Source: an uncultured Gemmatimonadales bacterium (lineage in GTDB: Bacteria > Gemmatimonadota > Gemmatimonadetes > Gemmatimonadales > GWC2-71-9). Taken from it: 64,000 nt of DNA. Position numbers and translations under genes: made by a program. Below, in pieces: positions 1 to 9,177 of this stretch. The notes beneath the pieces were generated by a model. That model did no database searches. It was not told where the DNA came from and saw only the letters and a list, made by a program, of their open reading frames with translations. The stretch's first letter is position 1. Each line of letters starts with the position of its first letter. The stretch lies in contig CAWHFW010000005.1 of the NCBI GenBank assembly GCA_963828735.1, positions 2,080,001 to 2,144,000 of the forward strand, written 5' to 3'.

Positions 1-57
1 GAGAGGAGGGGGGGACAGTCGTAGCGGAAGGCAGGCCGGGGAACGCGAGGGCTGACG

Positions 58-564
58 CTAGATCGCCTTGAACTCCTCGAACGGCTGGTGGCAGTGATGG
101 CAGTAATGGATGGCCTTGCAGGCGGTCGACCCGAACTCGCTCTTGCGTTCGGTGTTCGACGAGTTGCAGTAGGGACAGGCGGCGCGACGCACCGCCGACA
201 TCAGCGGCACCAGCGCCTGCTCGACGACCGTGTGGCCGGGAGCAGAGATGCCGTAGGCCTTGAGCTTCGCCTTGGCCGCGTCGCTCAGCCAGTCGGTGGT
301 CCAGGCGGGCGAGTACACCGTCCGTAGCTCGACTCGATCGTAGCCCTTGGCGCCGAGCGCGGCCACGATCTCCTGCTCGATCATCTGCATCGCGGGACAG
401 CCGGAGTAGGTCGGCGTCACGTCTACCGTCACGGCCCCGTTGGGTCTCAGCTCCACCCTCCGAACGATCCCCAGCTCGACGATGTCCAACGCCGGCACCT
501 CGGGATCCGGGATGCCGCGCAGCACCTCGAGCAGAGTCTCCTCGGTGCCCGCGCGACTCACCAT
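58..564 (-). CDS. paaD: Phenylacetyl-CoA epoxidase subunit PaaD (PaaJ)
   Basis: IPDPEVPALDIVELG, TPTYSGCPAM, PAWTTDW, C-terminal CPYC..FGSTACKA..CxxCHQPFEEFK; ATG at 564 overlaps the paaC end. Confidence 0.93.
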   Translation of the reverse strand: MVSRAGTEETLLEVLRGIPDPEVPALDIVELGIVRRVELRPNGAVTVDVTPTYSGCPAMQMIEQEIVAALGAKGYDRVELRTVYSPAWTTDWLSDAAKAKLKAYGISAPGHTVVEQALVPLMSAVRRAACPYCNSSNTERKSEFGSTACKAIHYCHHCHQPFEEFKAI

Positions 565-1385
565 TTCGCCCCCGCGTGCGAGCGCGCGAGGATCTGCATC
601 TCGGCCAGCAGGTGGCCCAGGTGCTCGGTGTGCCGCCCCTGGCGGCCGCCGGAGTGCATGAAGCCCTCGGGTGGCAGCGTGAGGGTCGCCCGGCGAACCA
701 CGTCGCTCACGATCTCGAGCCAGGGCGCCTCGAGCACCGCCGGCTCCGGTGCGCCCGCGCCCGCGACCAGCCGGTCCACCTCGTCCGTCGCGAACAGCTC
801 TCCGGTGTAGGGCCAAAGCTCGTTCAGCGCCGTCTGGACTCGCCGATGACTTTCGTCGGTGCCGTCGCCCAGTCGAATGACCCACTCGCCGCTGTGGCGG
901 ATGTGATAGCGGGCTTCCTTGTAGGCCTTGGCCGCGATGCCGGCGAGCTTGGTGTCGGCCGCCTGTTGGAGACGGTCCAGGAGCAGCACACTCCAGGCGT
1001 CGAAGAGGAACTGGCGTACGATGGTGCGACCGAAGTCGCCGTTGGGCAGCTCGACCAGGTTGACGTTGCGGTAGTCGATGGCATCGCGGAAGTAGGCCAG
1101 GGCATCCTCGTCCCGCCCCTTGCCTTCAATCTGGCCGGCCAGCTGCAGGAAATGCGTCGCCTGCCCGATGAGATCGAGCGCGACGTTGGCGAGCGCGATA
1201 TCCTCTTCGAGTATCGGTCCGTGCCCACACCACTCCGACAACCGGTGCCCCAACACCAGCCGATCGTCCCCCAACCGAAGCAGATACTCGAACAAAGCTT
1301 CCTCGCCCAACGGGCGTCCCCCCCCCGCCGGGCGCAGCCCACCCGCCGGCGCAGCCCCCGCCCGCCACGCCTCGCCCCCGCCCAC
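558..1385 (-). CDS. paaC: Phenylacetyl-CoA epoxidase subunit PaaC
   Basis: LRLGDDRLVLGHRLSEWCGHGPILEEDIA, KEARYH, GRHTEHLGHLLAEMQ; start is GTG 1385 or TTG 1310. Confidence 0.93.
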   Translation of the reverse strand: MGGGEAWRAGAAPAGGLRPAGGGRPLGEEALFEYLLRLGDDRLVLGHRLSEWCGHGPILEEDIALANVALDLIGQATHFLQLAGQIEGKGRDEDALAYFRDAIDYRNVNLVELPNGDFGRTIVRQFLFDAWSVLLLDRLQQAADTKLAGIAAKAYKEARYHIRHSGEWVIRLGDGTDESHRRVQTALNELWPYTGELFATDEVDRLVAGAGAPEPAVLEAPWLEIVSDVVRRATLTLPPEGFMHSGGRQGRHTEHLGHLLAEMQILARSHAGAKW

Positions 1386-1670
1386 CTACTCCACCCTCAC
1401 ACCGCGGGGCGTTTTGTAGAACTGCGGATGCCGATACGGCTTATCATCCGCCGGATCAAAGAACGGCCCCCGGTCCTCCGGGCTCGACGCGACGATCGCG
1501 GCACTGGGCACGACCCAGATGCTCACGGCCTCGCCCCGGCGCGCGTAGACGTCGCGGGCATTCTGCAGGGCGATCTCCGGATCCGCCGCGTGCAGGCTGC
1601 CGGCGTGCTCGTGCGGCGCGCCGTCCTTCGCCTGGGTGAAGACCTCCCACAGCGGCAGCTCGTCAGCCAT
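1386..1670 (-). CDS. paaB: Phenylacetyl-CoA epoxidase subunit PaaB
   Basis: LWEVF..HAGSLHAAD..ALQNARDVYARR..SIWVV..DKPYRHPQFY. Confidence 0.93.
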   Translation of the reverse strand: MADELPLWEVFTQAKDGAPHEHAGSLHAADPEIALQNARDVYARRGEAVSIWVVPSAAIVASSPEDRGPFFDPADDKPYRHPQFYKTPRGVRVE

Positions 1671-1695
1671 CAGTCTCGCCCCGCTCGCCGCGGCC

Positions 1696-2667
1696 TCAGG
1701 CCGCCGGCGCCGCACTGCGGCGGCGCTGCTTCTCGGCGAAGGCCGCCGCCGCCTCGCGTACCCAGCCGCCCTCGTCGTGCGCGGCGCGCCGAGCCGCGAG
1801 TCGCTCCCGGTTGCAGGGGCCGTTGCCGCTGATGACCTGTTTGAACTCCGCCCAGTCGATCTCGCCGAACTCCCAGTGCTTGGTCTCGGCGTTGTAGCGG
1901 AGCTTGGGGTCGGGCAGGGTGAGCTTCACCGCCTGGGCCTGGGCCACGGTCAGATCCACGAACCGCTGCCGCAGCTCGTCGTTGCTGAACCGCTTCACCC
2001 GCCAGCGAAGCAGGTCCGCGCTGTTGGGGGAGTTGACGTCACTGGGGCCGAACATCATCAGGGTCGGCCACCACCACCGGTTCACCGCATCCTGGACCAT
2101 GGCCCGCTGCGCGGGCGTGCCGGCGGCCAGCGTCGCGACGATCTCGTAGCCTTGCCGCTTGTGGAAGTTCTCTTCCTTGCAGATCCGGACCATCGCCCGC
2201 GCGTACGGGCCGTACGAGGCCTTCGCCAACACGGTCTGGTTCACGATCGCGGCCCCATCGACGAACCAGCCGATGCACCCAATGTCCGCCCACGTCAGGG
2301 TCGGGTAGTTGAAGATGCTGGAATACTTCGCCCTGCCGGTGAGGAGCTGGTCGATCAGCTCGGCGCGGGCCACGCCCAGCGTCTCCGTGGCGCAGTAGAT
2401 GTAGAGCCCGTGGCCCGCTTCGTCCTGGACCTTGGCGAGCAGGCACATCTTGCGCCGCAGGGAGGGTGCCCGGGTGATCCAGTTGCCCTCGGGCAGCATG
2501 CCCACGATCTCCGAGTGGGCGTGCTGCGACATCATCCGCACCAACTGGTGGCGGTACCGTTCCGGCATCCAGTCCTTGGGCTCGATCGTCTCGCCCGCGT
2601 CGATTCGGGCTTCGAAGGCGACGGCGGATGCGGAGTCGTCTGGGGTCGGGAGCGGCGCAGTGGACAC
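1696..2667 (-). CDS. paaA: Phenylacetyl-CoA epoxidase subunit PaaA
   Basis: [41 protein letters not shown] di-iron motifs; GTG start preceded by AAGAGG. Confidence 0.95.
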   Translation of the reverse strand: MSTAPLPTPDDSASAVAFEARIDAGETIEPKDWMPERYRHQLVRMMSQHAHSEIVGMLPEGNWITRAPSLRRKMCLLAKVQDEAGHGLYIYCATETLGVARAELIDQLLTGRAKYSSIFNYPTLTWADIGCIGWFVDGAAIVNQTVLAKASYGPYARAMVRICKEENFHKRQGYEIVATLAAGTPAQRAMVQDAVNRWWWPTLMMFGPSDVNSPNSADLLRWRVKRFSNDELRQRFVDLTVAQAQAVKLTLPDPKLRYNAETKHWEFGEIDWAEFKQVISGNGPCNRERLAARRAAHDEGGWVREAAAAFAEKQRRRSAAPAA

Positions 2668-2778
2668 CTTGGCGTGCCTCTTGGAGTTCAGGGCGGCGGC
2701 GCAGTCGCTGGAGCGGTCCCGGGCCACCCGCTACCTTCTAGTTGCAATTGTATCGGACCTTTTCGGGGAAGGGAAGCC

Positions 2779-3552
2779 GTGACCCAGGCGACGACGCACG
2801 AGCCCGGCAGCGTGACCACGCAGGTGGCGGACGGCGTCGCCAGCGTGACCTTCGGGCATCCCAAGGGGAACTCGCTGCCGGGAGCCCTCCTCGCCGAGCT
2901 GGCGGCCCGGATCACGGCGCTGGGCCAGGAGCCACGGGCGAGCGTGATCGTGCTTCGAAGCGAGGGCACGGGTGCGTTCTGCGCGGGCGCGTCCTTTGCC
3001 GAGCTGTCCGCGATCGCCGATGCCGAGAGCGGCACCCGCTTCTTCCTGGGGTTCGCGAACCTGATCAACGCGATGCGCGAGTGCCCTAAGCTCATCCTGG
3101 CTCGGGTTCACGGGAAGGTGGTCGGTGGCGGCGTCGGGATGGTGGCGGCATCCGATTATGCGCTCGCGACCCCGGCTGCCCAGGTGAAGCTCAGCGAGCT
3201 CGCGGTCGGGATCGGCCCGTTCGTGGTGGGGCCCGTCATCGAGCGAAGGATCGGGGTGGGGAATTACGCCGCTCTGAGCATCGATGCAGCCGAGTGGCGC
3301 AGCGCGGACTGGGCCCACCAGCGCGGGCTCTACGCGGAGCTGCAGCCGGACGGCGCGGCGCTGGATGCGCGCCTCGCGACCCTTGCACGCCAGGTCGCGG
3401 CGAGCAATCCGGAGGCGTTGACGGCCATGAAGCGAGTCTTCTGGCAGGGAACCGAGCACTGGCCGGAGCTGCTGGCCGTGAGGGCGCGGCTGAGCGGGAC
3501 GCTGGTGGTCTCCAGCTTCGCCCGACAGGCGATTGAGCGCCTCTCGAAGTAA
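2779..3552 (+). CDS. Enoyl-CoA hydratase/isomerase family protein
   Basis: Crotonase motifs AFCAGA, GKVVGGGVG, LSELAVGIGP; divergent from paaA. Confidence 0.88.
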   Translation: MTQATTHEPGSVTTQVADGVASVTFGHPKGNSLPGALLAELAARITALGQEPRASVIVLRSEGTGAFCAGASFAELSAIADAESGTRFFLGFANLINAMRECPKLILARVHGKVVGGGVGMVAASDYALATPAAQVKLSELAVGIGPFVVGPVIERRIGVGNYAALSIDAAEWRSADWAHQRGLYAELQPDGAALDARLATLARQVAASNPEALTAMKRVFWQGTEHWPELLAVRARLSGTLVVSSFARQAIERLSK

Positions 3553-3717
3553 TTCGGAATCCGCCTCCGGTTCCCGACCGACCTGGACCAGTTGCGCGGC
3601 ACCGAGGGGATGCAGGAGCTGCGCTACAACGCCGAGCTCGAGCGGGCATCAGCGGGCGACGCCGTAGTCGAACGCATCCCGATGCGTATTTCCCTAGGCG
3701 CTCGTTGAACGAGGAGC

Positions 3718-4164
3718 ATGGGTAGCGGCGTGACGGACGCGGAGCACTACCATAAACTCGAGCGCCTCTATGCCGCCGCACCGATCTCGCAGTGGTTTGG
3801 CGCCACCATCGCCGTCGCTGAGGGCCAAGCCGAGGTCCGGATCGCGACCCGCCCGGAGTTCTACCACGCGGCCCATGCTGTCCACGGCTCGGTGTACTTT
3901 CGGGCTCTCGATGATGCGGCGTTCTTTGCCGTGAACTCCCAGGTACGAGAGGTGCTGGTGTTGACCGTCTCCTTCACGGTGCACTTCGCTCGCCCGGTCA
4001 CGAGTGGCGAGCTGCGGGCCGTGGGCCGCCTGCTGCACGGGAGAGGGCGCCTGTTTCTCGCGGAAGCCGATCTTTTCGACAGCGGGGGGCAGCTACTCGG
4101 CCGGGGCAGCGGCGTGTTCACACGGAGTGCGATACCGCTGGACCCGAGGATCGGCTATGCCTGA
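3718..4164 (+). CDS. PaaI-family (hot-dog fold) thioesterase
   Basis: HAAHAVHGSVYFRALDDAAFFA, FTVHFARPV. Confidence 0.85.
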   Translation: MGSGVTDAEHYHKLERLYAAAPISQWFGATIAVAEGQAEVRIATRPEFYHAAHAVHGSVYFRALDDAAFFAVNSQVREVLVLTVSFTVHFARPVTSGELRAVGRLLHGRGRLFLAEADLFDSGGQLLGRGSGVFTRSAIPLDPRIGYA

Positions 4165-4239
4165 CGACGCGCACCGCCGCCTGACCCGCGCATGCAGCCG
4201 ACAGGCCCGCGGGATGTCGCGCATTCGGATGTGTGGCGA

Positions 4240-5778
4240 CTAGGCGGGTCCGCTCCCGCCGCTCATTTGTCCCGGCGTGGTCCTGAGCCTGCCCCGATCC
4301 ACCTTTCCCAGGTGCGTCATCGGCAGCGAATCGACGAAGATCACCTCGCGGGGATGCTTGTACGGCTCCAGCCGGTCGCGCACGAAAGTCTTGAGCTCCT
4401 CCCCGAGGTTCTCGCGAGGCTCGCGAGCCACGACGTAGGCGTAGGGCTTGGTCAGCCCGCTGGCATCGGCCACCCCCACGACGGCCACCTGCGCCACCGA
4501 CGGATGCAACAGCAGACAGCTCTCCACCTCCGTGGCGGAGAGCCACTTCCCCGAGACCTTGAGCAGCTCGTCGGCCCGGCCGCCGTAGGTGTAGTATCCG
4601 TCGGCGTCCCGCTGGACCAGGTCTCCCGTGACGACCCACTCGCCGCGGAAGCAGGTCTGGCTTCTGTCGAGCTGCTGCCAGTAGCCCAGCGCCCGCGAGC
4701 CGCCACGCACCCAGAGGTGGCCGATCGTTCCATCGGGCAGCTCGCGGCCTTCCTCGTCCGCCACCCTGATCTCGAAGCCGGGCACCACCTCGCCCAGCGT
4801 GCCGCGGCGCACCCGACCCACGCGATTGGAGAGGAAGATGTGCCACATCTCAGCGGTGCCGAGACCATCGAGAAGGGGCACGCCGAAGCACTGGTCCCAC
4901 CGGGCGTGGAGCTCCTCGGGCAAGCCCTCTCCCGCGGAGGTGGCTAGGCGCAGCGAGGAGAGGTCCTGACGGGCGGCCTCCGGGTGATTCACCATCTGGT
5001 TGATCATGGTGGGGACCGTGACCAGGATGGTCGGGTGGTAGCGAGCGATCCGGCTGAAGATGGCCTCGGCCGTGCACCGCTCGTCGAACAGCACGCTGGA
5101 GGCGCCGGCGGCGAAGGGAAACAGAAGATTCGAGCCGGTTGCATAACCGAAGTACAGCTTCGGCACCGAGATCGTCACATCGGTCTCGGTGTAGCAGAGG
5201 ACCTGCGCGGCGTAGCACTGCGCGGTATTGACGAAGGAGCGATGCGGCTGCACCGCCGCCTTGGGGCGGCCGGTGGTGCCGCCGGAGAACAGCCAGATGG
5301 CCGCGTCGTCCGGGTGGGTGGGGAAGTTCTCCCAGGTGTCCGGCGCGGCAGCGAGACGCGATCTCCAGTCGGCGCTATCCACCAGCAACAACTTCGGCGC
5401 GTGGGCGGCCCGGCCCGCGGCGGCGCGGAACGCGTCGGCATGCGCGGCATGCACCAGCGCTACGGTCGCGCGGCTGTACTCGAAGAAATACTCGATGGCG
5501 TCGGGCTTGAGTTCCGGGTTGACCATCACAACAACGGCGCCGATCTTCAGGATGCCGAACAGCGCCGCGACGTAATCGGGTCCGTCGGGCAGGGCGATGA
5601 TCACCCGCTGTTCCGGCGTCACCCCCGCCGAACTGACCACGTTGGCATAGCGGTTGGCCAGCGCCTGCACCTCGCGATAGCTCAACCGTCCGGCATCGGT
5701 TTGGAGCGCGGTCCGGTCGCCCCGACCCTCGCGCACCCGGGCATCCAGAAAGAAATCGGCGATGTTGAGGTGGGTCAT
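4240..5778 (-). CDS. Benzoate/anthranilate-CoA ligase family protein
   Basis: WLFSGGTTGRPK, PKLYFGYATG, SAGEGLP, DGLGTAEMWHIF, GRADELLKVSG; lies next to the abmA-like cluster. Confidence 0.88.
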   Translation of the reverse strand: MTHLNIADFFLDARVREGRGDRTALQTDAGRLSYREVQALANRYANVVSSAGVTPEQRVIIALPDGPDYVAALFGILKIGAVVVMVNPELKPDAIEYFFEYSRATVALVHAAHADAFRAAAGRAAHAPKLLLVDSADWRSRLAAAPDTWENFPTHPDDAAIWLFSGGTTGRPKAAVQPHRSFVNTAQCYAAQVLCYTETDVTISVPKLYFGYATGSNLLFPFAAGASSVLFDERCTAEAIFSRIARYHPTILVTVPTMINQMVNHPEAARQDLSSLRLATSAGEGLPEELHARWDQCFGVPLLDGLGTAEMWHIFLSNRVGRVRRGTLGEVVPGFEIRVADEEGRELPDGTIGHLWVRGGSRALGYWQQLDRSQTCFRGEWVVTGDLVQRDADGYYTYGGRADELLKVSGKWLSATEVESCLLLHPSVAQVAVVGVADASGLTKPYAYVVAREPRENLGEELKTFVRDRLEPYKHPREVIFVDSLPMTHLGKVDRGRLRTTPGQMSGGSGPA

Positions 5779-5799
5779 GGTCGTGAGGACACAATAATC

Positions 5800-6567
5800 G
5801 TGCAGCCGCTTGCCGCAATGACTTGGGAGGAGACGCGGGACTCCACCGGTCCCAGGTCGGTCGCCATCCTGCCGGTGGGGGCGGTCGAGGCGCATGGCCC
5901 GCACCTGCCGCTGGAGACCGACGTCGTCATCGCCCTGGCGATGGCCCGTGCGGGCGCGGCCCGGCTCGACGCCCGCGGCCAGCGGGCAGTGGTCCTTCCG
6001 CCGCTGAGCTACACCGCCGCCCCTTTCGCCCATGGCTTCGCTGGAACGCTCTCCCTTCGCCCGGAAACGGTCTCGGCGACGGTGCTGGACATCGCCCGCA
6101 GCCTGGCCTGGCATGGCTTCGGAGTGATGGCCATCGCCAACGCGCATCTGGACCCGACGCACCTGGCTTCGCTGGAGGCGGCCGTCAACGCGATCCGGCG
6201 CGAGGTCGGGCTGCCTGTCGCATTTCCCAATCTGACCGACAAACCGTGGGCTCTCCGACTGAGCGAGGAGTTCAAGAGCGGTGCCTGCCACGCCGGCCAG
6301 TTCGAGACGTCGATCATGATGGCCGAGCGTCCTGAGCTGGTGCGGGACGCGATACGGACCGCCCTGCCGCCCAACCCGGCGTCGCTCTCCCGCGCCATCC
6401 GCGACGGCAAGCTGAGTTTCGAGGAGGCGGGCGGAGCCAGGGCGTATTTCGGCTTCCCGGGGCAGGCCACCGCCGAAGAGGGCCGCGCGACGATCGAGGT
6501 GCTCGGCGCGATCCTCGACGAATCGGTGCAGGCCGAGCTCGGCGCCAGGGCGGGGCAGCCGACATGA
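5800..6567 (+). CDS. Creatininase-family amidohydrolase
   Basis: LPVGAVEAHGPHLPLETD, NAH, HAGQFETS metal-binding motifs. Confidence 0.88.
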   Translation: MQPLAAMTWEETRDSTGPRSVAILPVGAVEAHGPHLPLETDVVIALAMARAGAARLDARGQRAVVLPPLSYTAAPFAHGFAGTLSLRPETVSATVLDIARSLAWHGFGVMAIANAHLDPTHLASLEAAVNAIRREVGLPVAFPNLTDKPWALRLSEEFKSGACHAGQFETSIMMAERPELVRDAIRTALPPNPASLSRAIRDGKLSFEEAGGARAYFGFPGQATAEEGRATIEVLGAILDESVQAELGARAGQPT

Positions 6568-7742
6568 GCTCCTTGTCCGGCCGGATCGCGGTGGTGACTG
6601 GTGCCGGCCGCGGGATCGGAGCGGCCACCGCCCGCGCGCTCGCCGAGGCCGGTCTGACGGTCGTGGTCGCGGCCCGCACCCGCGACCAGATCGAACGGCA
6701 GAGCGCCGAGTTGCGGGCGGCCGGCGGCCAGGCCAAGGCCGTGGCCTGCGACGTGAGCAGTGAGGCCGGCGTGGAGGCCCTCGCGCGCGAGGCATCGGAG
6801 CTGGGCCCGGTCGCGATCCTGGTCAACAACGCCGGCGCGGCCGCCTCGATGCCGATCGCCCGTACCTCGCTCGACGAGTGGAATCGCCTCATCGCGGTCA
6901 ACGCGACCAGCGCCTTCCTCTGCACCCGGGCCTTCCTTCCGGGTATGCTCGAGCGAAAGTGGGGGCGAGTGGTAAACGTAGCGTCGACCGCGAGCTTGAG
7001 AGGCGGCAAGTACCTGGCGGCGTACTCGGCGGCCAAGCACGCGCTCCTGGGCCTCACCCGCTCGGCCGCGGCGGAGGTGGCGGGGACGGGGGTGACGGTG
7101 AACGCGGTCTGCCCCGGCTTCGTGGATACCGAGATGACAGCCGAGACCGTGGACCGGATAGCGGCCAAGACCGGCCGCACCCGGGAGGCCGCGCTGGCCG
7201 CGGCCCTGGCCTCGGAGAACCAGCCGAGGCTGATCACGCCGGAGGAGGTAGCGGCCGCCGTCGTATCACTGTCCACCGCCGCCGTGGGCCATCCTCCCAA
7301 CGGGGAGGCCATGATCCTGGACGGGAGGGACCCGATGAGCGGACGGTTCGCGATCATCAATCCCGAGGAGCTCGGCGCACCCCGAGGTTTTAACAACGGG
7401 CTGCTGGCCCAGGCCGGCGGCAGGACGCTGTTCATTGCGGGACAGACTGCACGTGCGACCTCGGGCCAGGTACCGGCTGCCGACCTCGTGTCCCAGTTCG
7501 ACACCGCGCTCGGCAACGCGTTGGCCGTGCTGCGTGAGGCCGGCGGTGCGCCGGGCGACATCGGTCGGTTCACGATCTACGTCACCGACATGGCGCAGTA
7601 TCGTGCCAGCCTCAAGTCATTGGGCGAGGCGTATCGACGCCGCATGGGCACCCACTTCCCGGCGATGGCGCTGGTGGAGGTGAAATCGCTGGTGGACCCG
7701 CAGGCGGTGGTGGAGATCGAGGCGACGGCGGTGCTGGGCTAA
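6564..7742 (+). CDS. SDR oxidoreductase fused to a C-terminal RidA/YjgF domain
   Basis: TGAGRGIG, NNAG, YSAAK, then in frame INPEELGAPRGF..FIAGQ..HFPAMALVEVKSL..VEIEATA. Confidence 0.85.
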   Translation: MSSLSGRIAVVTGAGRGIGAATARALAEAGLTVVVAARTRDQIERQSAELRAAGGQAKAVACDVSSEAGVEALAREASELGPVAILVNNAGAAASMPIARTSLDEWNRLIAVNATSAFLCTRAFLPGMLERKWGRVVNVASTASLRGGKYLAAYSAAKHALLGLTRSAAAEVAGTGVTVNAVCPGFVDTEMTAETVDRIAAKTGRTREAALAAALASENQPRLITPEEVAAAVVSLSTAAVGHPPNGEAMILDGRDPMSGRFAIINPEELGAPRGFNNGLLAQAGGRTLFIAGQTARATSGQVPAADLVSQFDTALGNALAVLREAGGAPGDIGRFTIYVTDMAQYRASLKSLGEAYRRRMGTHFPAMALVEVKSLVDPQAVVEIEATAVLG

Positions 7743-7763
7743 GACCGAGATCCCGATACTGAG

Positions 7764-7793
7764 ATTCACCACGGAAACACGGAAGTCACGGAA
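7764..7793 (+). repeat. Left inverted repeat ATTCACCACGGAAACACGGAAGTCACGGAA (3 x CACGGAA)
   Basis: Read directly; reverse complement of 8295-8324 with 1 mismatch. Confidence 0.95.
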
Positions 7794-7812
7794 ACCGAAC
7801 GGCAGCGGGGAG

Positions 7813-8199
7813 CTAGAGCAGTATTCGTTTTATGCCGTGGGGGAGAGCGTCGACGTTGAAGTTCATCAGAAGGCCGGAGGTGACTCTGAGGAGACGCAGG
7901 TAGGTCATCAGTTGAGCCGAATGGATCGGCAGGAGTTTGTCCACGGACTTGAGTTCGAGAACGAGACAGCCTTCGATCAGGAAATCAATGACGTAACTCT
8001 TTGCGATCTGTTTTCCCTTGTATTCGAGAGGTACGGACATCCGACTATGATACGTGATGCCTTGTAGTTCTAGTTCGTGGCACAAGCAGGCGTGATAGCT
8101 GGACTCAAGAAGGCCCGGGCCGAGATGGCGATGTACTTCAACTGCCGCGCCTATGGCCTTTGCGCTTATTCGATTGGTCGGATGCTCGATGAGTCCCAC
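7813..8199 (-). CDS. GxxExxY protein (PD-(D/E)XK nuclease-like)
   Basis: AVEVHRHLGPGLLESSY, IDFLIEG..VLELKSV, HSAQLMTYL..GLLMNFN; about 128 aa from GTG 8199. Confidence 0.93.
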   Translation of the reverse strand: MGLIEHPTNRISAKAIGAAVEVHRHLGPGLLESSYHACLCHELELQGITYHSRMSVPLEYKGKQIAKSYVIDFLIEGCLVLELKSVDKLLPIHSAQLMTYLRLLRVTSGLLMNFNVDALPHGIKRILL

Positions 8200-8294
8200 G
8201 GCCCCTCCCGAGCAACGAAACGTAAGAGGCGCGTGTCGAGGCTCACCACCAATTTCCCTTCGTAGGTGTCGAAAATGGAAATGACCACACTTCC

Positions 8295-8324
8295 TTCCGT
8301 GTCTTCCGTGTTTCCGTGGTGAAT
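8295..8324 (-). repeat. Right inverted repeat of the GxxExxY element
   Basis: TTCCGTGTCTTCCGTGTTTCCGTGGTGAAT on the + strand. Confidence 0.95.
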
Positions 8325-8374
8325 TCAACGGGTGCTTGGTGGGACGGGTCGAACCTGGTCGAACGAGCGCACTG

Positions 8375-9175
8375 ATGACCCTGAGCCCCAAGTCCTTCGC
8401 CTACACCGTCGACCCGGCGACCGCCGTCGCGACCATCACGCTCAATCGCCCCGACCGGTTGAACGCGCTCACCTTCGAGGTCTACACCGAGCTGAGGGAC
8501 ACGTTCCGCGCCCTCGACGCCGAGCCCGGCGTCCGCGCCGTGATCATCACCGGTACCGGCCGCGCCTTCTGCAGCGGGGGGGACGTCGAGGACATCATCG
8601 GCGTCCTGTTCTCGAGGGACGCGGCGGGTCTGCTCGAGTTTACCAGACTCACCGGCGATCTCATCCTCTCCATCCGCCAATGTCGGCGGCCGGTCGTGGC
8701 GGCCCTCAACGGAACCGTGGCGGGCGCCGGCGCCGTGATCGCGGCCGCCAGCGACATCCGGATCGCGGCCGAGGGCGCCAAGATCGCTTTCCTCTTCTCG
8801 CGGGTCGGCCTGACCGGGGCCGACATGGGCGCGGCGTGGCTGCTTCCGCGAATCGTCGGCCTGGCGCATGCGAGCGAGCTGCTCCTGCTGGGCGACTTCA
8901 TCACCGCCCAGCGCGCCGCCGATATCGGCCTGTACAACCGGGTGGTGCCCGCCGAGCGGCTGATGGCGGAAGCGACCGACGTCGCGGTCCGCCTGGCGCG
9001 GGGCCCCTCGGCGGCCCATGGCGTCACCAAGCAGTCGCTGAACGAGGAAGCGGCGATGGACCTGGTGTCCGCGATCGAGCGGGAAGCGCGGGTTCAGGCG
9101 GACTGCATGCGTCACCCGAACTTCCGCGAAGCCTACGAAGCCTTTCGCGCCAAGCGCGAACCGAAGTTCGAATAG
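8375..9175 (+). CDS. Enoyl-CoA hydratase family protein (anthraniloyl-CoA cluster type)
   Basis: LNRPDRLNALT, AFCSGGD, GTVAGAG, GLTGADMGAAWLLPRIVG. Confidence 0.9.
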   Translation: MTLSPKSFAYTVDPATAVATITLNRPDRLNALTFEVYTELRDTFRALDAEPGVRAVIITGTGRAFCSGGDVEDIIGVLFSRDAAGLLEFTRLTGDLILSIRQCRRPVVAALNGTVAGAGAVIAAASDIRIAAEGAKIAFLFSRVGLTGADMGAAWLLPRIVGLAHASELLLLGDFITAQRAADIGLYNRVVPAERLMAEATDVAVRLARGPSAAHGVTKQSLNEEAAMDLVSAIEREARVQADCMRHPNFREAYEAFRAKREPKFE

Positions 9176-9177
9176 GC

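Larger units (their letters stand above)
7764..8324. mobile_element. Putative inverted-repeat-bounded element carrying a GxxExxY gene
   Basis: 30-bp inverted repeats at 7764-7793 and 8295-8324 (29/30 match) enclose one antisense, visibly AT-richer gene inside an operon. Confidence 0.6.
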
